Shown here one piece after another: positions 10,205 through 20,205 of a stretch of DNA of 28,659 nucleotides. How positions within the stretch are numbered: position 1 is the stretch's first letter; each line of letters starts with the position of its first letter. The notes beneath the pieces were generated by a model that saw only the letters and a program-made list of their open reading frames with translations, made no database searches and was not told the origin of the DNA. Source of the stretch: a virus. The DNA lies in the IMG/VR virus record IMGVR_UViG_3300036793_000049, positions 1-28,659 of that record, one strand, 5' to 3'. A program made the translations under genes and the position numbers.

Positions 10205-11718
10205 TACGCAGTCTCCTCGTTGTACTGCAGGCGGAACTGATTAAGCACCGCAAATACGCGCAGCTGGTTGATGTAGTCCGGTGGGAACAGAATATCCAGG
10301 CGGTTCGGATCGTTCTGGTTTCGCTCAACAATCAGGTATTTCTGGAACAGTTCGAAGTTCTCCACAATACCTTCCCGCTCCATCTGGCGATAAGTTGCCC
10401 CCAGCTCCCCGCGGATAACCGCTGGCGTAACAATCGCCTGCCCCGGGCCAAAACGGGTGCCATCATTCGCCAGTTTATGGCGGCCGTACTTACTGGTAAT
10501 CACCGATTTCAGACGGCGCAGGGTGTAGGCGCTGGTGTGGAGCGTTTCGCTGTCGAGATAGCTGTTATCCGCGACACCAAACGCATTCGTTTTATAGGTC
10601 GTGATATCACGCTGGATCCGCAATACCCCACCCTCGGTGTAAGCGGTCGCGATGCCATGCATCAGCAGGGATTGTTGTTCTGTGATGGCAAACCGCTTGC
10701 CGGTTGGTGCCGGTAACGCGCCAGTGAGCTCTCCGGTTTGCGTCGGTCTGGCCGGGTCGATACGCAGGAAGACAGCAGCACGCGCCAGGCGATATCCCAC
10801 CAGCTCGGCAACGCACGTCTGAACATCTTCCTCATGACCGGCGATAGTAATATGTTGGTCGTTAAACGTATCGCCAAACGCCACAAGCTCGGACAAGGAG
10901 CCCGTTCTTGCTGTGTAGACATGCCCGTAAAGCTGGCGAATGTAGCTCCATCGACCGGAACTGTCGTTCATTTCAACGGACATAAGCTGCAGAGAGTTCG
11001 CATCGCTGAACGGCAGCCCGATATAGTCGAATGGCTCATCACCCATTGCGCTAATGGCCTGGGACAAATCAGGATCTCCCGCACCGCCGCTCATTTTACC
11101 AATCTGAACACTCAGGCCAGCCGGAACCTCTTCACCGCTCGCGGTACCGAAATAGTTCAGGGTTAATGGAATGGAGTTACCCACCTGGCCGCCATTGACA
11201 GCGGAAAGGTTAACGGTACCCTGTGCCGCGCCGGCGGAGGTAGCCTGGTATTCTGCGGTGACGGGTAAATCAACGTTGTTATTGATAGCGCGTAGCAGCG
11301 CCTGAGACACCTGGTTTCCGGTGTCACCGGTCGCAACAGTGACCTGTACTTTTCGTGTACCCACGTAGAGATTCACCGTGCCCGAATCAGTTGCGGCGCC
11401 CGTAATGGTCACCGTGCCGGTTGCTGGCTCACCATTATCTGGCACGGCAATAACCCACAGCTCACCAAATGGATCAACCTTACGATAGGCCTCGACCATT
11501 CGCGCCAGCTGGCTGCCGCGGCCTGCCATTTTCTTAGCCAAATCCTTTGATGGCATGATAACAAGCTGGTTCAGGAGAATATCAGCTTCCGGCAGCGCCA
11601 TGCCAATCAGTAGAGAAGGCGCCCCGCTAACCGCGGTATTCGCCGCGCTGTTATCCATTTCGGCATAAAACAGCGGTACCCGGTTATCGGATGGTATGTA
11701 GTTAAAACTTACGGTCAT
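10204..11718 (-). CDS. Tail sheath protein (Mu L-like)
   Basis: VPLFYAEMDNS.A, G.GSQLARM, DPARP.QT and D.INQLRVFA motifs; true start ATG 11718 (MTVSFN). Confidence 0.95.
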   Translation of the reverse strand: MTVSFNYIPSDNRVPLFYAEMDNSAANTAVSGAPSLLIGMALPEADILLNQLVIMPSKDLAKKMAGRGSQLARMVEAYRKVDPFGELWVIAVPDNGEPATGTVTITGAATDSGTVNLYVGTRKVQVTVATGDTGNQVSQALLRAINNNVDLPVTAEYQATSAGAAQGTVNLSAVNGGQVGNSIPLTLNYFGTASGEEVPAGLSVQIGKMSGGAGDPDLSQAISAMGDEPFDYIGLPFSDANSLQLMSVEMNDSSGRWSYIRQLYGHVYTARTGSLSELVAFGDTFNDQHITIAGHEEDVQTCVAELVGYRLARAAVFLRIDPARPTQTGELTGALPAPTGKRFAITEQQSLLMHGIATAYTEGGVLRIQRDITTYKTNAFGVADNSYLDSETLHTSAYTLRRLKSVITSKYGRHKLANDGTRFGPGQAIVTPAVIRGELGATYRQMEREGIVENFELFQKYLIVERNQNDPNRLDILFPPDYINQLRVFAVLNQFRLQYNEETA

Positions 11719-11878
11719 TTTTGGCCCCTTTACGTGAGTTTTTTTCGATTTCGATATCGCCTGCAGCCTCCCGGCGGTACCACCAGGTGCTCTGCTCAAC
11801 ATTTCGCCCGGCAGCGGGCAAAAGGTCGCCGTGGGCAGGATCCGGAACGGACCGCCCCTTAACGGGTTTCACAAACAT
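11702..11878 (-). CDS. DUF2635 (Mu gp38-like) small tail protein
   Basis: Read manually: MFVKPVKGRSVPDPAHGDLLPAAGRNVEQSTWWYRREAAGDI...; classic position just upstream of sheath. Confidence 0.85.
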   Translation of the reverse strand: MFVKPVKGRSVPDPAHGDLLPAAGRNVEQSTWWYRREAAGDIEIEKNSRKGAKNDRKF

Positions 11879-11897
11879 TTATTTTTCCAGGCAGGTT

Positions 11898-12464
11898 TCA
11901 GGGAAAGGTTAATTCGGTGTGATGCTCAATACGCCCGTCTGGCCCGTCTGGCCCGTCTCCCGGGTTGATAAAATCAACATCGATACTGAGCGTTTTCAGG
12001 TCGTCCAGGGCGTTAAGATCGTTCTGCTGCCGCGTGTCTTCCTCTGTAATTTCGTACTTCACAGTAAAATCAAACTGGTAATAAAGCTCGAACCGGTTCA
12101 TATCCAGCAGCATGCCGCCGGCATAAACAATCTCGTGGGCATCTGGATCCGGCTCCCACCCGAGCAACGCCTTCCACACTTCGGCCCGAACATCGTGGAC
12201 AGCATCAAAGGATGCCCACTGCCCCTTTTCGTCGCGCTCATTACTCAGCACCACGATAACGGAAAAGCCTTCGGTTAGATCCTGCCAGTAATCGGTCCGG
12301 GCCTTCTGTTCACCGGTTGCGTCCTCTGCCGGCACAACGTATGCCGCCGGCAGTCTGAGCTTCCCGGCGTCAGGAATTGCCTTAAACTGCGCGGCACCAC
12401 CCACGCGATTTTCAAAGCGCAGGCATCGGACGCGCAGTGCGGCCACAATCGGCGTCAGTTTCAT
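11898..12464 (-). CDS. Probable tail terminator/completion protein
   Basis: Synteny upstream of sheath; LPAAYVVP and ALLGW.P motifs as in SfV-like phages. Confidence 0.7.
   Translation of the reverse strand: MKLTPIVAALRVRCLRFENRVGGAAQFKAIPDAGKLRLPAAYVVPAEDATGEQKARTDYWQDLTEGFSVIVVLSNERDEKGQWASFDAVHDVRAEVWKALLGWEPDPDAHEIVYAGGMLLDMNRFELYYQFDFTVKYEITEEDTRQQNDLNALDDLKTLSIDVDFINPGDGPDGPDGRIEHHTELTFP
11933..11958. repeat. 9-bp tandem repeat (gcccgtctg, about 2.9 copies), encoding DGPDGPDG
   Basis: gcccgtctg gcccgtctg gcccgtct. Confidence 0.85.
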
Positions 12465-12973
12465 TATTTTTTCCTTTTTTGCGGGCGAAGGGCTTTACGC
12501 AGCTCGCCAGACAAGATGTACCGCGTCCAGCTACGACGGCGTTCCAGTACCTCAACCATATAGTTATTACGCGGGGCAACACGCCAGCCACTGCCGCCGG
12601 ACGCGCCGCGGTGGTGCCCTTTTTTACGCTTAGCCCCACGGCGCACGCCATAGAACAGAAACGCAGGATAAAACGCTCCATTTATATGGCGGTTCCCTTC
12701 CCCGTTCTTCTGGTTAGGTGCAATCTTCACCATCAATCCGGCGCGGCGCTTTGATGCCCGTGGAACGTAATAGCCAATTGAGCGGGCCAGCTTGCCCGTG
12801 CGGTAAGCCGGGTTTTCTCCCGGAGCAGAGCGACCGCGGCGCATCACCAACCGCCGCGCGTCTCGCATATGCACCTGACCAATTTTCACAAATGCCCGAC
12901 GCATCCTGGCCCGGTTAAATACCAGTTCATCAGGTTGTTCAAAATCAACGTGTAAAAATGCTTTCCGCGGCAT
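12464..12973 (-). CDS. Basic neck/tail-completion protein (HK97 gp10-like position)
   Basis: S.PGE.P..RTG.L.RSI motif, very Arg/Lys rich; ATG at 12973. Confidence 0.7.
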   Translation of the reverse strand: MPRKAFLHVDFEQPDELVFNRARMRRAFVKIGQVHMRDARRLVMRRGRSAPGENPAYRTGKLARSIGYYVPRASKRRAGLMVKIAPNQKNGEGNRHINGAFYPAFLFYGVRRGAKRKKGHHRGASGGSGWRVAPRNNYMVEVLERRRSWTRYILSGELRKALRPQKRKK

Positions 12974-13349
12974 AGCCCGGCCCTCGATCCGCACGCAATT
13001 CTTCGCACTCCAGCAGCAAATAACGGCGCTTGCTGTTCAGGTCACGAACACGCTTAACGCGGAACACCTGGCCGTCCTGGACAACCTCATGATCGGCAGT
13101 AATGCCACGCCTGAAACGGATTGTGAAATAGTGCGTTACCGTATTTTCGGTCTGCACTGAACCCTGATATGCCGTTGCGCTGGTTTGCGCTACCTTCGCC
13201 CAGGTATTGAAGGAGTCCGGATAAAACGCCTCGACACCAAAATCATCAGCAGGCTCATCCTGCCGCTGTCGGATAGTCACGCGTTTATCAAGTTCGCCCG
13301 GATCGGGTAGCAGGTAAGTTGCGCTGGTCTGGCTCTGTCTGAGTTTCAT
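12945..13349 (-). CDS. Head closure protein (SPP1 gp16-like)
   Basis: GELDKRVTI, WAKV, TH.FTIRFR.GI and L.CEE motifs. Confidence 0.9.
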   Translation of the reverse strand: MKLRQSQTSATYLLPDPGELDKRVTIRQRQDEPADDFGVEAFYPDSFNTWAKVAQTSATAYQGSVQTENTVTHYFTIRFRRGITADHEVVQDGQVFRVKRVRDLNSKRRYLLLECEELRADRGPGYAAESIFTR

Positions 13350-13669
13350 AATGGAATGTACCTGTAAGGACCTACCAACCAGTTGAAGCTAAGCGGCAGC
13401 TCAAGCTTTTCCACCTCAGACACCGTTGAGCGGTTTTCGTATAAGTGGGTAACCAGCAGCAGCATCCCCATTTTTATATCGTCAGGCAGGTGCAGGCCAT
13501 CAGCATCGGACTCCGGAATATTTTCATCAGGCCCATACAGTTTTCGGTTCAGGAACGTTTCTGTCCGGGTTTGTACCGCCCTGGCCAGCAAATCCAGCAA
13601 CGCATCTTCATCGGTAAAATCGGCATCCAGCCGGAGCTGTCCTTTGATTTCTTCAGGCGTCAGCAACAT
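13346..13669 (-). CDS. Head-tail connector (HK97 gp6-like)
   Basis: EEIK.QLRLD...ED.LL and LLLV.HLYENR motifs. Confidence 0.92.
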   Translation of the reverse strand: MLLTPEEIKGQLRLDADFTDEDALLDLLARAVQTRTETFLNRKLYGPDENIPESDADGLHLPDDIKMGMLLLVTHLYENRSTVSEVEKLELPLSFNWLVGPYRYIPL

Positions 13670-13677
13670 AAATCCTC

Positions 13678-13722
13678 CGGTGCCCGCCGGATGACGGGCA
13701 CAAAAAAACCGCTAACGCGGCA
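13678..13722 (-). terminator. Intrinsic terminator/hairpins after major capsid gene
   Basis: Minus strand ccgc-gtta-gcgg-tttttt followed by gtgcccg...cgggcac hairpin. Confidence 0.55.
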
Positions 13723-13747
13723 TGAATGTTATTTGCTGGTCCAGCAG

Positions 13748-14977
13748 TCAGCTGCTGGCGCTGCCCTTGCCCACCAGCGCCTTGATTGCAGAGGTATCTT
13801 CAAGAATGCAGTCAAAGCGGTGGAATGCCAGGAAGCCGGTCTGGTCGAACTCGGCGTAACGTTCAACCAGGCGTTTCAGGATCATGTACTGCACGCGGCG
13901 GATAATGAAACGGTTAAAATCACCACAGAACATGAATTTTTTACCGGCGCCGATATCGTCGATCTCCTGGTCGATAATATACGGCACATTCAGAACGGAG
14001 GCTGGAGCCACGCCGACAATATCCGGCAGCCAGAGCGGGCGCCCCTGCCCGTCTTCCATTCCGCTGATAAGTTTCAGCGTATTATCGTTAAAGGCCAGAC
14101 GGAACTTTGGCCCGCGGCGGTAAGCCGGATCAATGCTGTGTTTCAGCGACAAAATTTCCTGCCACTTCACCGCTGATGCAGAGGCAGTCGCGGTAGTGCC
14201 AGTGACAGATGCTGCCAGGCCTTGCGGCTGCTTCGGTGTGCCGGTTCCGGTCCCCTGAATCAGATAGCGAGCTTCGCCGCGACCGATGCGCTCCGCAATG
14301 CGGCGGGAGAGATACGCCTCCATATCAATGGCGCTGTCCTGCAGCAGCTCGTTAGACACGCGAATGATTTTGGAGGTCATTTTTAACGCGCCCAGGCTGT
14401 CCATACCAAAATCGGTATCTTCTTCCCCCGCCTCTTCATTTTCCCCCAGGAGTACCCCCACCTCGTTGGTACCGTCAGCCGTGGCCCACTCCATAGTTCG
14501 CCCGTCTGAAGTCGTCAGAATTTGCGCCACCCCGGCAATACCGCCGTAAGCTTTCATCTGCTCGACAACCTTCGCCAGGAAGGTATCCGGCACGGTATAG
14601 CCGCCTTTTTCATCCGGCGCCACACCCTGCGCGCGCAGCTCACGCAGTGCTTTGCGCTCTTCAGCGGTCAGTTCGCTGGCGCCGTGGCGCATCCATTTAT
14701 CAAAAATATGGCCGCGCTGCTCTTCAGGCTGAGTGCCTTCTTTGCCTTCCATTTGCTGGCGCTGCTCTTCCTGCTGGTCATCAACATAGGTCTGATCCTG
14801 GCGGCGAAGCTCTTCTTCACGGGCAATACGCTCGTCCAGCGCCTCCAGTTCGCCTTTCGCTTTATTCCATTCGGTACGCTGCTCTTCGGTCCATGCGTTA
14901 TCGCCAATCTTTTCATTCAGCGCGCGCATATCGGTCGCGATAGTGTTACGTTTTTGCTTCAGTTCGTGCAGTTTCAT
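13748..14977 (-). CDS. Major capsid protein, HK97 family (with coiled-coil delta domain)
   Basis: GGYTVP, VSNELLQDS, D.QGRPLW and GDF motifs; 409 aa. Confidence 0.96.
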   Translation of the reverse strand: MKLHELKQKRNTIATDMRALNEKIGDNAWTEEQRTEWNKAKGELEALDERIAREEELRRQDQTYVDDQQEEQRQQMEGKEGTQPEEQRGHIFDKWMRHGASELTAEERKALRELRAQGVAPDEKGGYTVPDTFLAKVVEQMKAYGGIAGVAQILTTSDGRTMEWATADGTNEVGVLLGENEEAGEEDTDFGMDSLGALKMTSKIIRVSNELLQDSAIDMEAYLSRRIAERIGRGEARYLIQGTGTGTPKQPQGLAASVTGTTATASASAVKWQEILSLKHSIDPAYRRGPKFRLAFNDNTLKLISGMEDGQGRPLWLPDIVGVAPASVLNVPYIIDQEIDDIGAGKKFMFCGDFNRFIIRRVQYMILKRLVERYAEFDQTGFLAFHRFDCILEDTSAIKALVGKGSASS

Positions 14978-14986
14978 CGTTTTTCC

Positions 14987-15586
14987 TTACGCATTAAGAA
15001 GGGTCAGCAGGCGCTCACGCGCCATTCGTTGGTTAATGGCGTTCTTTAGCGCGCCGCTGTCTCGCGCTTCCTGCCAGGCTTTCATGGATCGGACACCGGA
15101 ATCAGCCTCCTGATAAGCCGGATATGTCACCGGACTTACATCGTAGAGGCGTGAAAATTTCGTTATTTCACGGATAACAATCCCCTCTTCGTCTTCGTAC
15201 CAATGCTCACCATTCCGGGCGACATTAAAGGCAAACGAAGACTGGTTGATATCGCCGCGTATCATCGGCGCGATAACCAGATCCCGAATAGTTTGGGTAT
15301 CCGGAGCCGTGATGTTGTACTGCAATCCGCGCTCATCCACGCTGAGCGCCAGGGTGCCTGAGGTACTACGGCCCAGGATAAAATTCGGGTCATGGTTAAA
15401 GAGGCCGCGAACATCATTGGTCAGCACGTCATCAAATGCGCCGGGTTTGATTATTTCGCGAAACCCCCATAGCGGTTCCGAACGGGAGTTAAACACAGAG
15501 CCATAGCCAATAATTCGCGTAGGCTGATCGCTTTGTTGTTCTGCCCGAACCTCACCGCTGTAGCATCGCAGCTCGCGATCACTCAT
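14987..15586 (-). CDS. Prohead protease, HK97 family
   Basis: GYGSVF, LFNHD, GRS, SSFAF and DVSPVTYPAY motifs. Confidence 0.95.
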   Translation of the reverse strand: MSDRELRCYSGEVRAEQQSDQPTRIIGYGSVFNSRSEPLWGFREIIKPGAFDDVLTNDVRGLFNHDPNFILGRSTSGTLALSVDERGLQYNITAPDTQTIRDLVIAPMIRGDINQSSFAFNVARNGEHWYEDEEGIVIREITKFSRLYDVSPVTYPAYQEADSGVRSMKAWQEARDSGALKNAINQRMARERLLTLLNA

Positions 15587-16796
15587 CGGTTTTGTCCTCT
15601 TTTTTTGTCACGTTTTTATCCGGATTAGCGGCATTGACGCTAACCAGCATTTCATCAAGGCCGTCTTTCGGGTTCATATCTTCAAAGGCCCGCGCCTCGT
15701 TTCGACTCATCCAGCCGTCAGTGATGGCGTAATGATAAAACTCAGCACGCTCTTTCCCGGTACCGCGGAGCAGGCCAGCGAGGTTAAAGCGAACGTAATA
15801 ACCCGCCTGCCGTTCCACCCGCGTAAACAATCGGCGATTAAGCTCCTGCTCCCAGTTCGTCACCCAGGGCATCATCGTGTAGCGCACAAACTGAATGGCC
15901 TGCTCTGAAATATTTGAGAAGGTGGCTTTATCCAGATCGTTAATCATGTGGGCGGGAACGTTGAAGATGCCCGCTATCATTGAGCGGTTCAGTTTCATCA
16001 TGTCGATTATCTGCGCATCGACCGGTGAAACCGTCAGGGCCTGGTAATCGAGCTGCGCAGGCAGCAGCATAGTTTTATTTTCCTGCTGCCGGAGTGCCGC
16101 AGTGGCTTTTTGCCATTGCTTTTTTAGCCTGTCCCAACTGTTATCGTTAAGTTCATTTTTGACAGAGACAATCCCGGCGGGCCGGGCGTTTCCATTGAAG
16201 AAACTGGAGGTATATTTCTGCCCGCTCATGCCCATACCTATTGTTTCGGCATGCTGCATAATCGGGCTTAGCCCCATTTTCTGATCGTTGCCCAGGGCGC
16301 ACAGGTGGATCATGTCATCCGGACTAATCGCAAAGCTGCCGGCATCGTTATAAACCCCGTAGGTATACCGGCCGCCTGTATTTAACAGCGTGGTTTCCCA
16401 GGGCATGCAGGCATCCAGCCGGGTAACCTCTCCCCGACGGCTACGGATAACCCGCGTGTAGCCATTCCCCCAGCCGAGCACATGGCGCTGTTTTAGCTCG
16501 CGCCATTTATAGCTGGTCTGCCACTCGTTGGGCTCATCATGCACCAGGTAGAAAACGGGATGATCACGGGCTGCTGACACCTTTTTCCCTTCACGCCGCA
16601 TAACATGCAGGGGCATTTGTGCAACGCTGGAAGAGATAACGTAAATACAGGAGTAAACTGCCGCCAGTTTCATCGCTGTTTTGGGATTAACCAGCACATC
16701 GCTTTGAAAAATAACGTCGTTTTCAGCTGACTCAACCGTCAACGGCACAGCCGGATTTTCCAGCGAATGACTTCTGAAAAGGGCATTAAAAAACAT
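15579..16796 (-). CDS. Portal protein, HK97 family
   Basis: AVYSCI..ISSSVA.MP, GLSPI, FFNGNARP.G, FNVP.H and NEAR..ED motifs. Confidence 0.96.
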   Translation of the reverse strand: MFFNALFRSHSLENPAVPLTVESAENDVIFQSDVLVNPKTAMKLAAVYSCIYVISSSVAQMPLHVMRREGKKVSAARDHPVFYLVHDEPNEWQTSYKWRELKQRHVLGWGNGYTRVIRSRRGEVTRLDACMPWETTLLNTGGRYTYGVYNDAGSFAISPDDMIHLCALGNDQKMGLSPIMQHAETIGMGMSGQKYTSSFFNGNARPAGIVSVKNELNDNSWDRLKKQWQKATAALRQQENKTMLLPAQLDYQALTVSPVDAQIIDMMKLNRSMIAGIFNVPAHMINDLDKATFSNISEQAIQFVRYTMMPWVTNWEQELNRRLFTRVERQAGYYVRFNLAGLLRGTGKERAEFYHYAITDGWMSRNEARAFEDMNPKDGLDEMLVSVNAANPDKNVTKKEDKTDE

Positions 16797-16947
16797 GTTT
16801 TGTCCTCCATGCCGCGAATAAAGCCCAGACCAGCAGCCCTGAGCCTCCGGACATCAGCGCAACAGCGGTGCCATACCTCAGATAAATACCGGCCACCAGC
16901 GCGCCAAAGCCTGCCAGCCCGGCAACATCGATAATAAGTGATTTCAC
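16786..16947 (-). CDS. Small membrane protein between terminase and portal
   Basis: Read manually: GTG start, (M)KSLIIDVAGLAGFGALVAGIYLRYGTAVALMSGGSGLLVWALFAAWRTKHVF*; overlaps both neighbours, as in SfV-like phages. Confidence 0.75.
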   Translation of the reverse strand: MKSLIIDVAGLAGFGALVAGIYLRYGTAVALMSGGSGLLVWALFAAWRTKHVF

Positions 16948-18674
16948 AGGATTAACAGGTCCTCATCAGGATCCAGATTAGAAAGGAAGTCTTTCGGTTC
17001 ATTCAGCATCGCGCGACCAACAGCCATCATCAGCCCCACCGCACCATCGATTTTGTTTTCGGCGCCCTCCTTCACCGGACGGACAATATCGTCACTGCCA
17101 GGAGGATTACGGCCAACCACATTTGAAATACACCAGGAAAGGATCGCGTTTCCGTCATGATGAAAACGACCAGCCGCCATCGCCGCTTCAATCTCGCGCA
17201 TCGGATCGCTCATGTTGGTGTAGTTCTGCGTGATAGTGACAGGCTCCAGCCCCTCATCCATCAGCAAATGAGAGACAGATGTGGCGCCGTAGGGGTCGAC
17301 AGGGCATGACGCTATTTTTATGGTTTCCCGGAGCTTCAGAATCGACTCAAAAATCAGCCGATAATCCACCTCCGCGCCATCAGTGGGTATTAACAAGCCC
17401 TGATTAACGAAGGTTTGATAACGACTGGCGGTACTTTTAAGTGCCGGTTCAGTGGAAAAAACCGTTTCTTCCGGTACCCAGAACATCGGGCCAACACAAT
17501 AAAAATGTTTCAGCCCGTTTATTTCACGACAAAAGACCGGAATAACGGCGTTTAGGTCCAGCTTTGACGCAAGGTCAATGCCCAGATAGCATTCATCCCC
17601 GGCAAAATCCTCAAGCTTTAGCGACTTATCCGCTGCAGCAAACCATTTCTGCAGGTTGTAATACGCCGCTTTAGCACTCACCCATTTATTGAAGTGCTTT
17701 GTCAGAATTTTGTTGGTCTGGCTCGGCGTGGAGATGGCAAGCAGTTGTTTCGCGCGAAGGAACCCTTCGTTTATCGAAACACCATAGTTAGGGTTGGCCT
17801 TAATCAGCGCTTCCGGCTGCGTCCAGTCGTCACCATCATCAAGGGTGAAGATAATCCCGAATATATGGTCATTTTCCTCACCCTCGCGAATACGCCCAAG
17901 AATTTCCACGACCTGTGAGCGCTTTTCGTAGCAGGGAGATGAAATGTCAAAGCCTGCAGTCGTGATGATGAGCGTCATGGGTTGCTCGCGAGCCCCCATG
18001 CCTGTCGTCATCGTGGTATAGAGCGCATCGGTAGAATGCTCGTGGTACTCATCAATGATTGCGCAGGATGGAGAATCGCCATCGCCGGGATCGCCGATAA
18101 CCGGGGCAAACACGGAACCATCAGGGCGGGTCATTTTTTTGGCCCACGGCTTTATCGAAAACTTATGCCGCAGTGCCGGCAGCTTTTTCACCATCTGCAA
18201 GGCAGGAGAAAAAACTTTCCAGGCTTGTTTCTCGGTCGTGGCACCGCAGTACACCTCTGCGCCATGCTCGCCGTCAGCGCAAAACATGTAATTACCCACG
18301 GCGGCCGCAATGGCAGACTTACCGTTTTTCCTCGGCACCTCGATATAAATTTCAGTAAACCGGCGGAGGCCGTTATCTTTCCTTACCCAGCCGAACGGGA
18401 CGCCAAGAGAAAATTTCTGCCACGGCTCGAACGTGATCCGCAACTTCCGGCGAGCCCATTCGCCAGCGGTATGCGGCATCTTTTGAGAAAAACGTAAAAA
18501 GCGCTCGGCCTTGCTTTTGTCAAACCGGTACGGCCACTTAGGGTCTTTTGCCCTGTCCAGGTCATCCAGATGACGCTGGCAAGCCTGCTTCGCTAACTGA
18601 CACGCCAGAATTTTCCCACTCACGACTTCGCGCGCGTACTGGTTCGCTGCGTTGACATTGGGGTAAGTAGCCAT
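16944..18674 (-). CDS. terL: Terminase large subunit
   Basis: Walker A PRKNGKS, Walker B IIDEYH, ITTAG, nuclease GIDLA..DL and KIDG.V motifs. Confidence 0.97.
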   Translation of the reverse strand: MATYPNVNAANQYAREVVSGKILACQLAKQACQRHLDDLDRAKDPKWPYRFDKSKAERFLRFSQKMPHTAGEWARRKLRITFEPWQKFSLGVPFGWVRKDNGLRRFTEIYIEVPRKNGKSAIAAAVGNYMFCADGEHGAEVYCGATTEKQAWKVFSPALQMVKKLPALRHKFSIKPWAKKMTRPDGSVFAPVIGDPGDGDSPSCAIIDEYHEHSTDALYTTMTTGMGAREQPMTLIITTAGFDISSPCYEKRSQVVEILGRIREGEENDHIFGIIFTLDDGDDWTQPEALIKANPNYGVSINEGFLRAKQLLAISTPSQTNKILTKHFNKWVSAKAAYYNLQKWFAAADKSLKLEDFAGDECYLGIDLASKLDLNAVIPVFCREINGLKHFYCVGPMFWVPEETVFSTEPALKSTASRYQTFVNQGLLIPTDGAEVDYRLIFESILKLRETIKIASCPVDPYGATSVSHLLMDEGLEPVTITQNYTNMSDPMREIEAAMAAGRFHHDGNAILSWCISNVVGRNPPGSDDIVRPVKEGAENKIDGAVGLMMAVGRAMLNEPKDFLSNLDPDEDLLIL

Positions 18675-19111
18675 TAGACAAACTCATCAAATTCATTCCC
18701 TTCATCGTACGGGTCGTTTCCGCCGCTGGTCATGCGAATGCGGCTTAATGGATCCAGGCCCAGGAGGGAACCCAGGCGGGCAATCTGGGAAACAGAATCA
18801 TTTCTGACGTTAACGGCAGGATGTTTTTTATCTCCGCCCATTTCACTGGATACCGTTAACCCGTCCTTTGCGATAACTTTTTCGGCTTCGATCATCAGGT
18901 GAAACGCGTTGCAATAGGCCATGAGGATCGGCGCGTCCTCAAGCTCAAAAATACCGCGGTCGATTAAAATTTTGCTTTGCGTTTTCCAGAGTTTAATTGC
19001 AACATCACCCATCAACTCCGGCGGTGGCGCAATCCTCGCCATCTTGCTTTTTTGTCCAGCGGGCAAATGCGGTTTACGTCCCCCACCTGAAGAACGAACA
19101 ATTCCACCCAT
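18674..19111 (-). CDS. terS: Terminase small subunit, P27 family
   Basis: YC...E, KKHPA and LGL.P.SR motifs; directly upstream of terL. Confidence 0.93.
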   Translation of the reverse strand: MGGIVRSSGGGRKPHLPAGQKSKMARIAPPPELMGDVAIKLWKTQSKILIDRGIFELEDAPILMAYCNAFHLMIEAEKVIAKDGLTVSSEMGGDKKHPAVNVRNDSVSQIARLGSLLGLDPLSRIRMTSGGNDPYDEGNEFDEFV

Positions 19112-19174
19112 AAATACCCTCTGTTCAATAGGCCAAACCTTCCGGGAAAAAGTTTCTTATTTTTGGCGTGTAAA

Positions 19175-19200
19175 AATTCAACGGGGCGGGCAGTCCGGAA
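19175..19200. other. Candidate cos (cohesive end) region
   Basis: GC-rich TTCCGGACTGCCCGCCCC (minus strand) in the HNH-terS gap, where cos lies in HK97/SfV-type phages; exact cut site not determinable. Confidence 0.4.
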
Positions 19201-19219
19201 GGGCAAAGGCGCCAGAGAT

Positions 19220-19588
19220 TTACCCTCCCCCCCGCCTGCCTGACAGCCTCTCTCGCGCCGTCTTCACCCGGTGGCATGGGGTGCACAGGCTTTCAAGGTT
19301 GTCGTCGCTGTCGCTGCCACCGTTCGCTTTAGCGACTATGTGGTCAACGGCGGTTGCTTCGGTTATCGCCCCGCGCCGTAGGCAGTTCTGGCACAACCCC
19401 TTATCCCTTTTCAGAATGCGAAGCCGTGCCTTGTCCCACCAGGTACCGTAACCGCGCTGGTGTCGTGTCTGACCTGGCTTGTATTGCTTCCAGCCATCCC
19501 CTTTGTGCTCGTCACAAAATCCGCTACGGTCGATTGTGGTGTTTTTGCAGCCTCGCTTTCTGCAGGCTTTTGGCGTTCTCGGCGGCAT
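19220..19588 (-). CDS. Packaging-associated HNH endonuclease (HK97 gp74-like)
   Basis: CQNC...VDHI...GG...NLESLC..CH..KT; start MPPRTPK at 19588 with GGAGG RBS. Confidence 0.93.
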   Translation of the reverse strand: MPPRTPKACRKRGCKNTTIDRSGFCDEHKGDGWKQYKPGQTRHQRGYGTWWDKARLRILKRDKGLCQNCLRRGAITEATAVDHIVAKANGGSDSDDNLESLCTPCHRVKTARERLSGRRGGG

Positions 19589-19590
19589 GG

Positions 19591-20205
19591 CTACTTCCTC
19601 CTGAATGCATAGCTGCCGATACCGTCCCGGCCCAACATGCTCTCGCAACGATTGTGCTCCACCATCCGGAACCCTTGTTCCGCGAACCACCGTACAATCC
19701 CGTCGTGCGTCCAGTACCAGATATGCTCGTCTTTGCGGTAGTGGCGTGACGCGAGAATGTGCTCAGCGCCTTCAAAGATGGGAAGGGAGACGAAAACAGA
19801 CTCCGTGGCCTGACCTACTGCGCGAGCCGGATCGTCGATATGCTCCAGCACATCCCACATCGTGAGCGCCCGCCAGCGATCCGCATACAGATCGGCAAAG
19901 GCGTTGCGCTCATGCAGCCAGGCCACACCTGCGGGATTAACATCGAACCCCAGCGCGCCGGGGTAGCTGTTTACGAACTGCCCTGAGCCGATCCCGACAT
20001 CGAGCACCGGCCCTTGATAGTGACGCGAAACAAGCTGAATACGTGCGGCGGTAAGTTGTACGCCCATCGGCGTATCGGCCATCGCCTGATAGCGTGCGAA
20101 GTAATCAGGGTTGTACGGTCGTGATGCTGGCACCGGGTAACGGCCCATGCCTAACTCGGGCAGCCAGACCAGGCCAGCCGCTAATTCATCATTGAACGAT
20201 TTCAT
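19591..20205 (-). CDS. Class I SAM-dependent methyltransferase
   Basis: Motif I VLDVGIGSG, GFDVN and post-II WDVLEHI; C-terminal EHIWY motif typical of glycan/small-molecule O-methyltransferases. Confidence 0.88.
   Translation of the reverse strand: MKSFNDELAAGLVWLPELGMGRYPVPASRPYNPDYFARYQAMADTPMGVQLTAARIQLVSRHYQGPVLDVGIGSGQFVNSYPGALGFDVNPAGVAWLHERNAFADLYADRWRALTMWDVLEHIDDPARAVGQATESVFVSLPIFEGAEHILASRHYRKDEHIWYWTHDGIVRWFAEQGFRMVEHNRCESMLGRDGIGSYAFRRK

Noticed and set aside
19591..20205. Methyltransferase as a DNA (Dam/Dcm-type) methylase
   Set aside because: No DPPY/NPPY or PC catalytic motif; DVLEH pattern and GT neighbours fit a glycan/small-molecule methyltransferase
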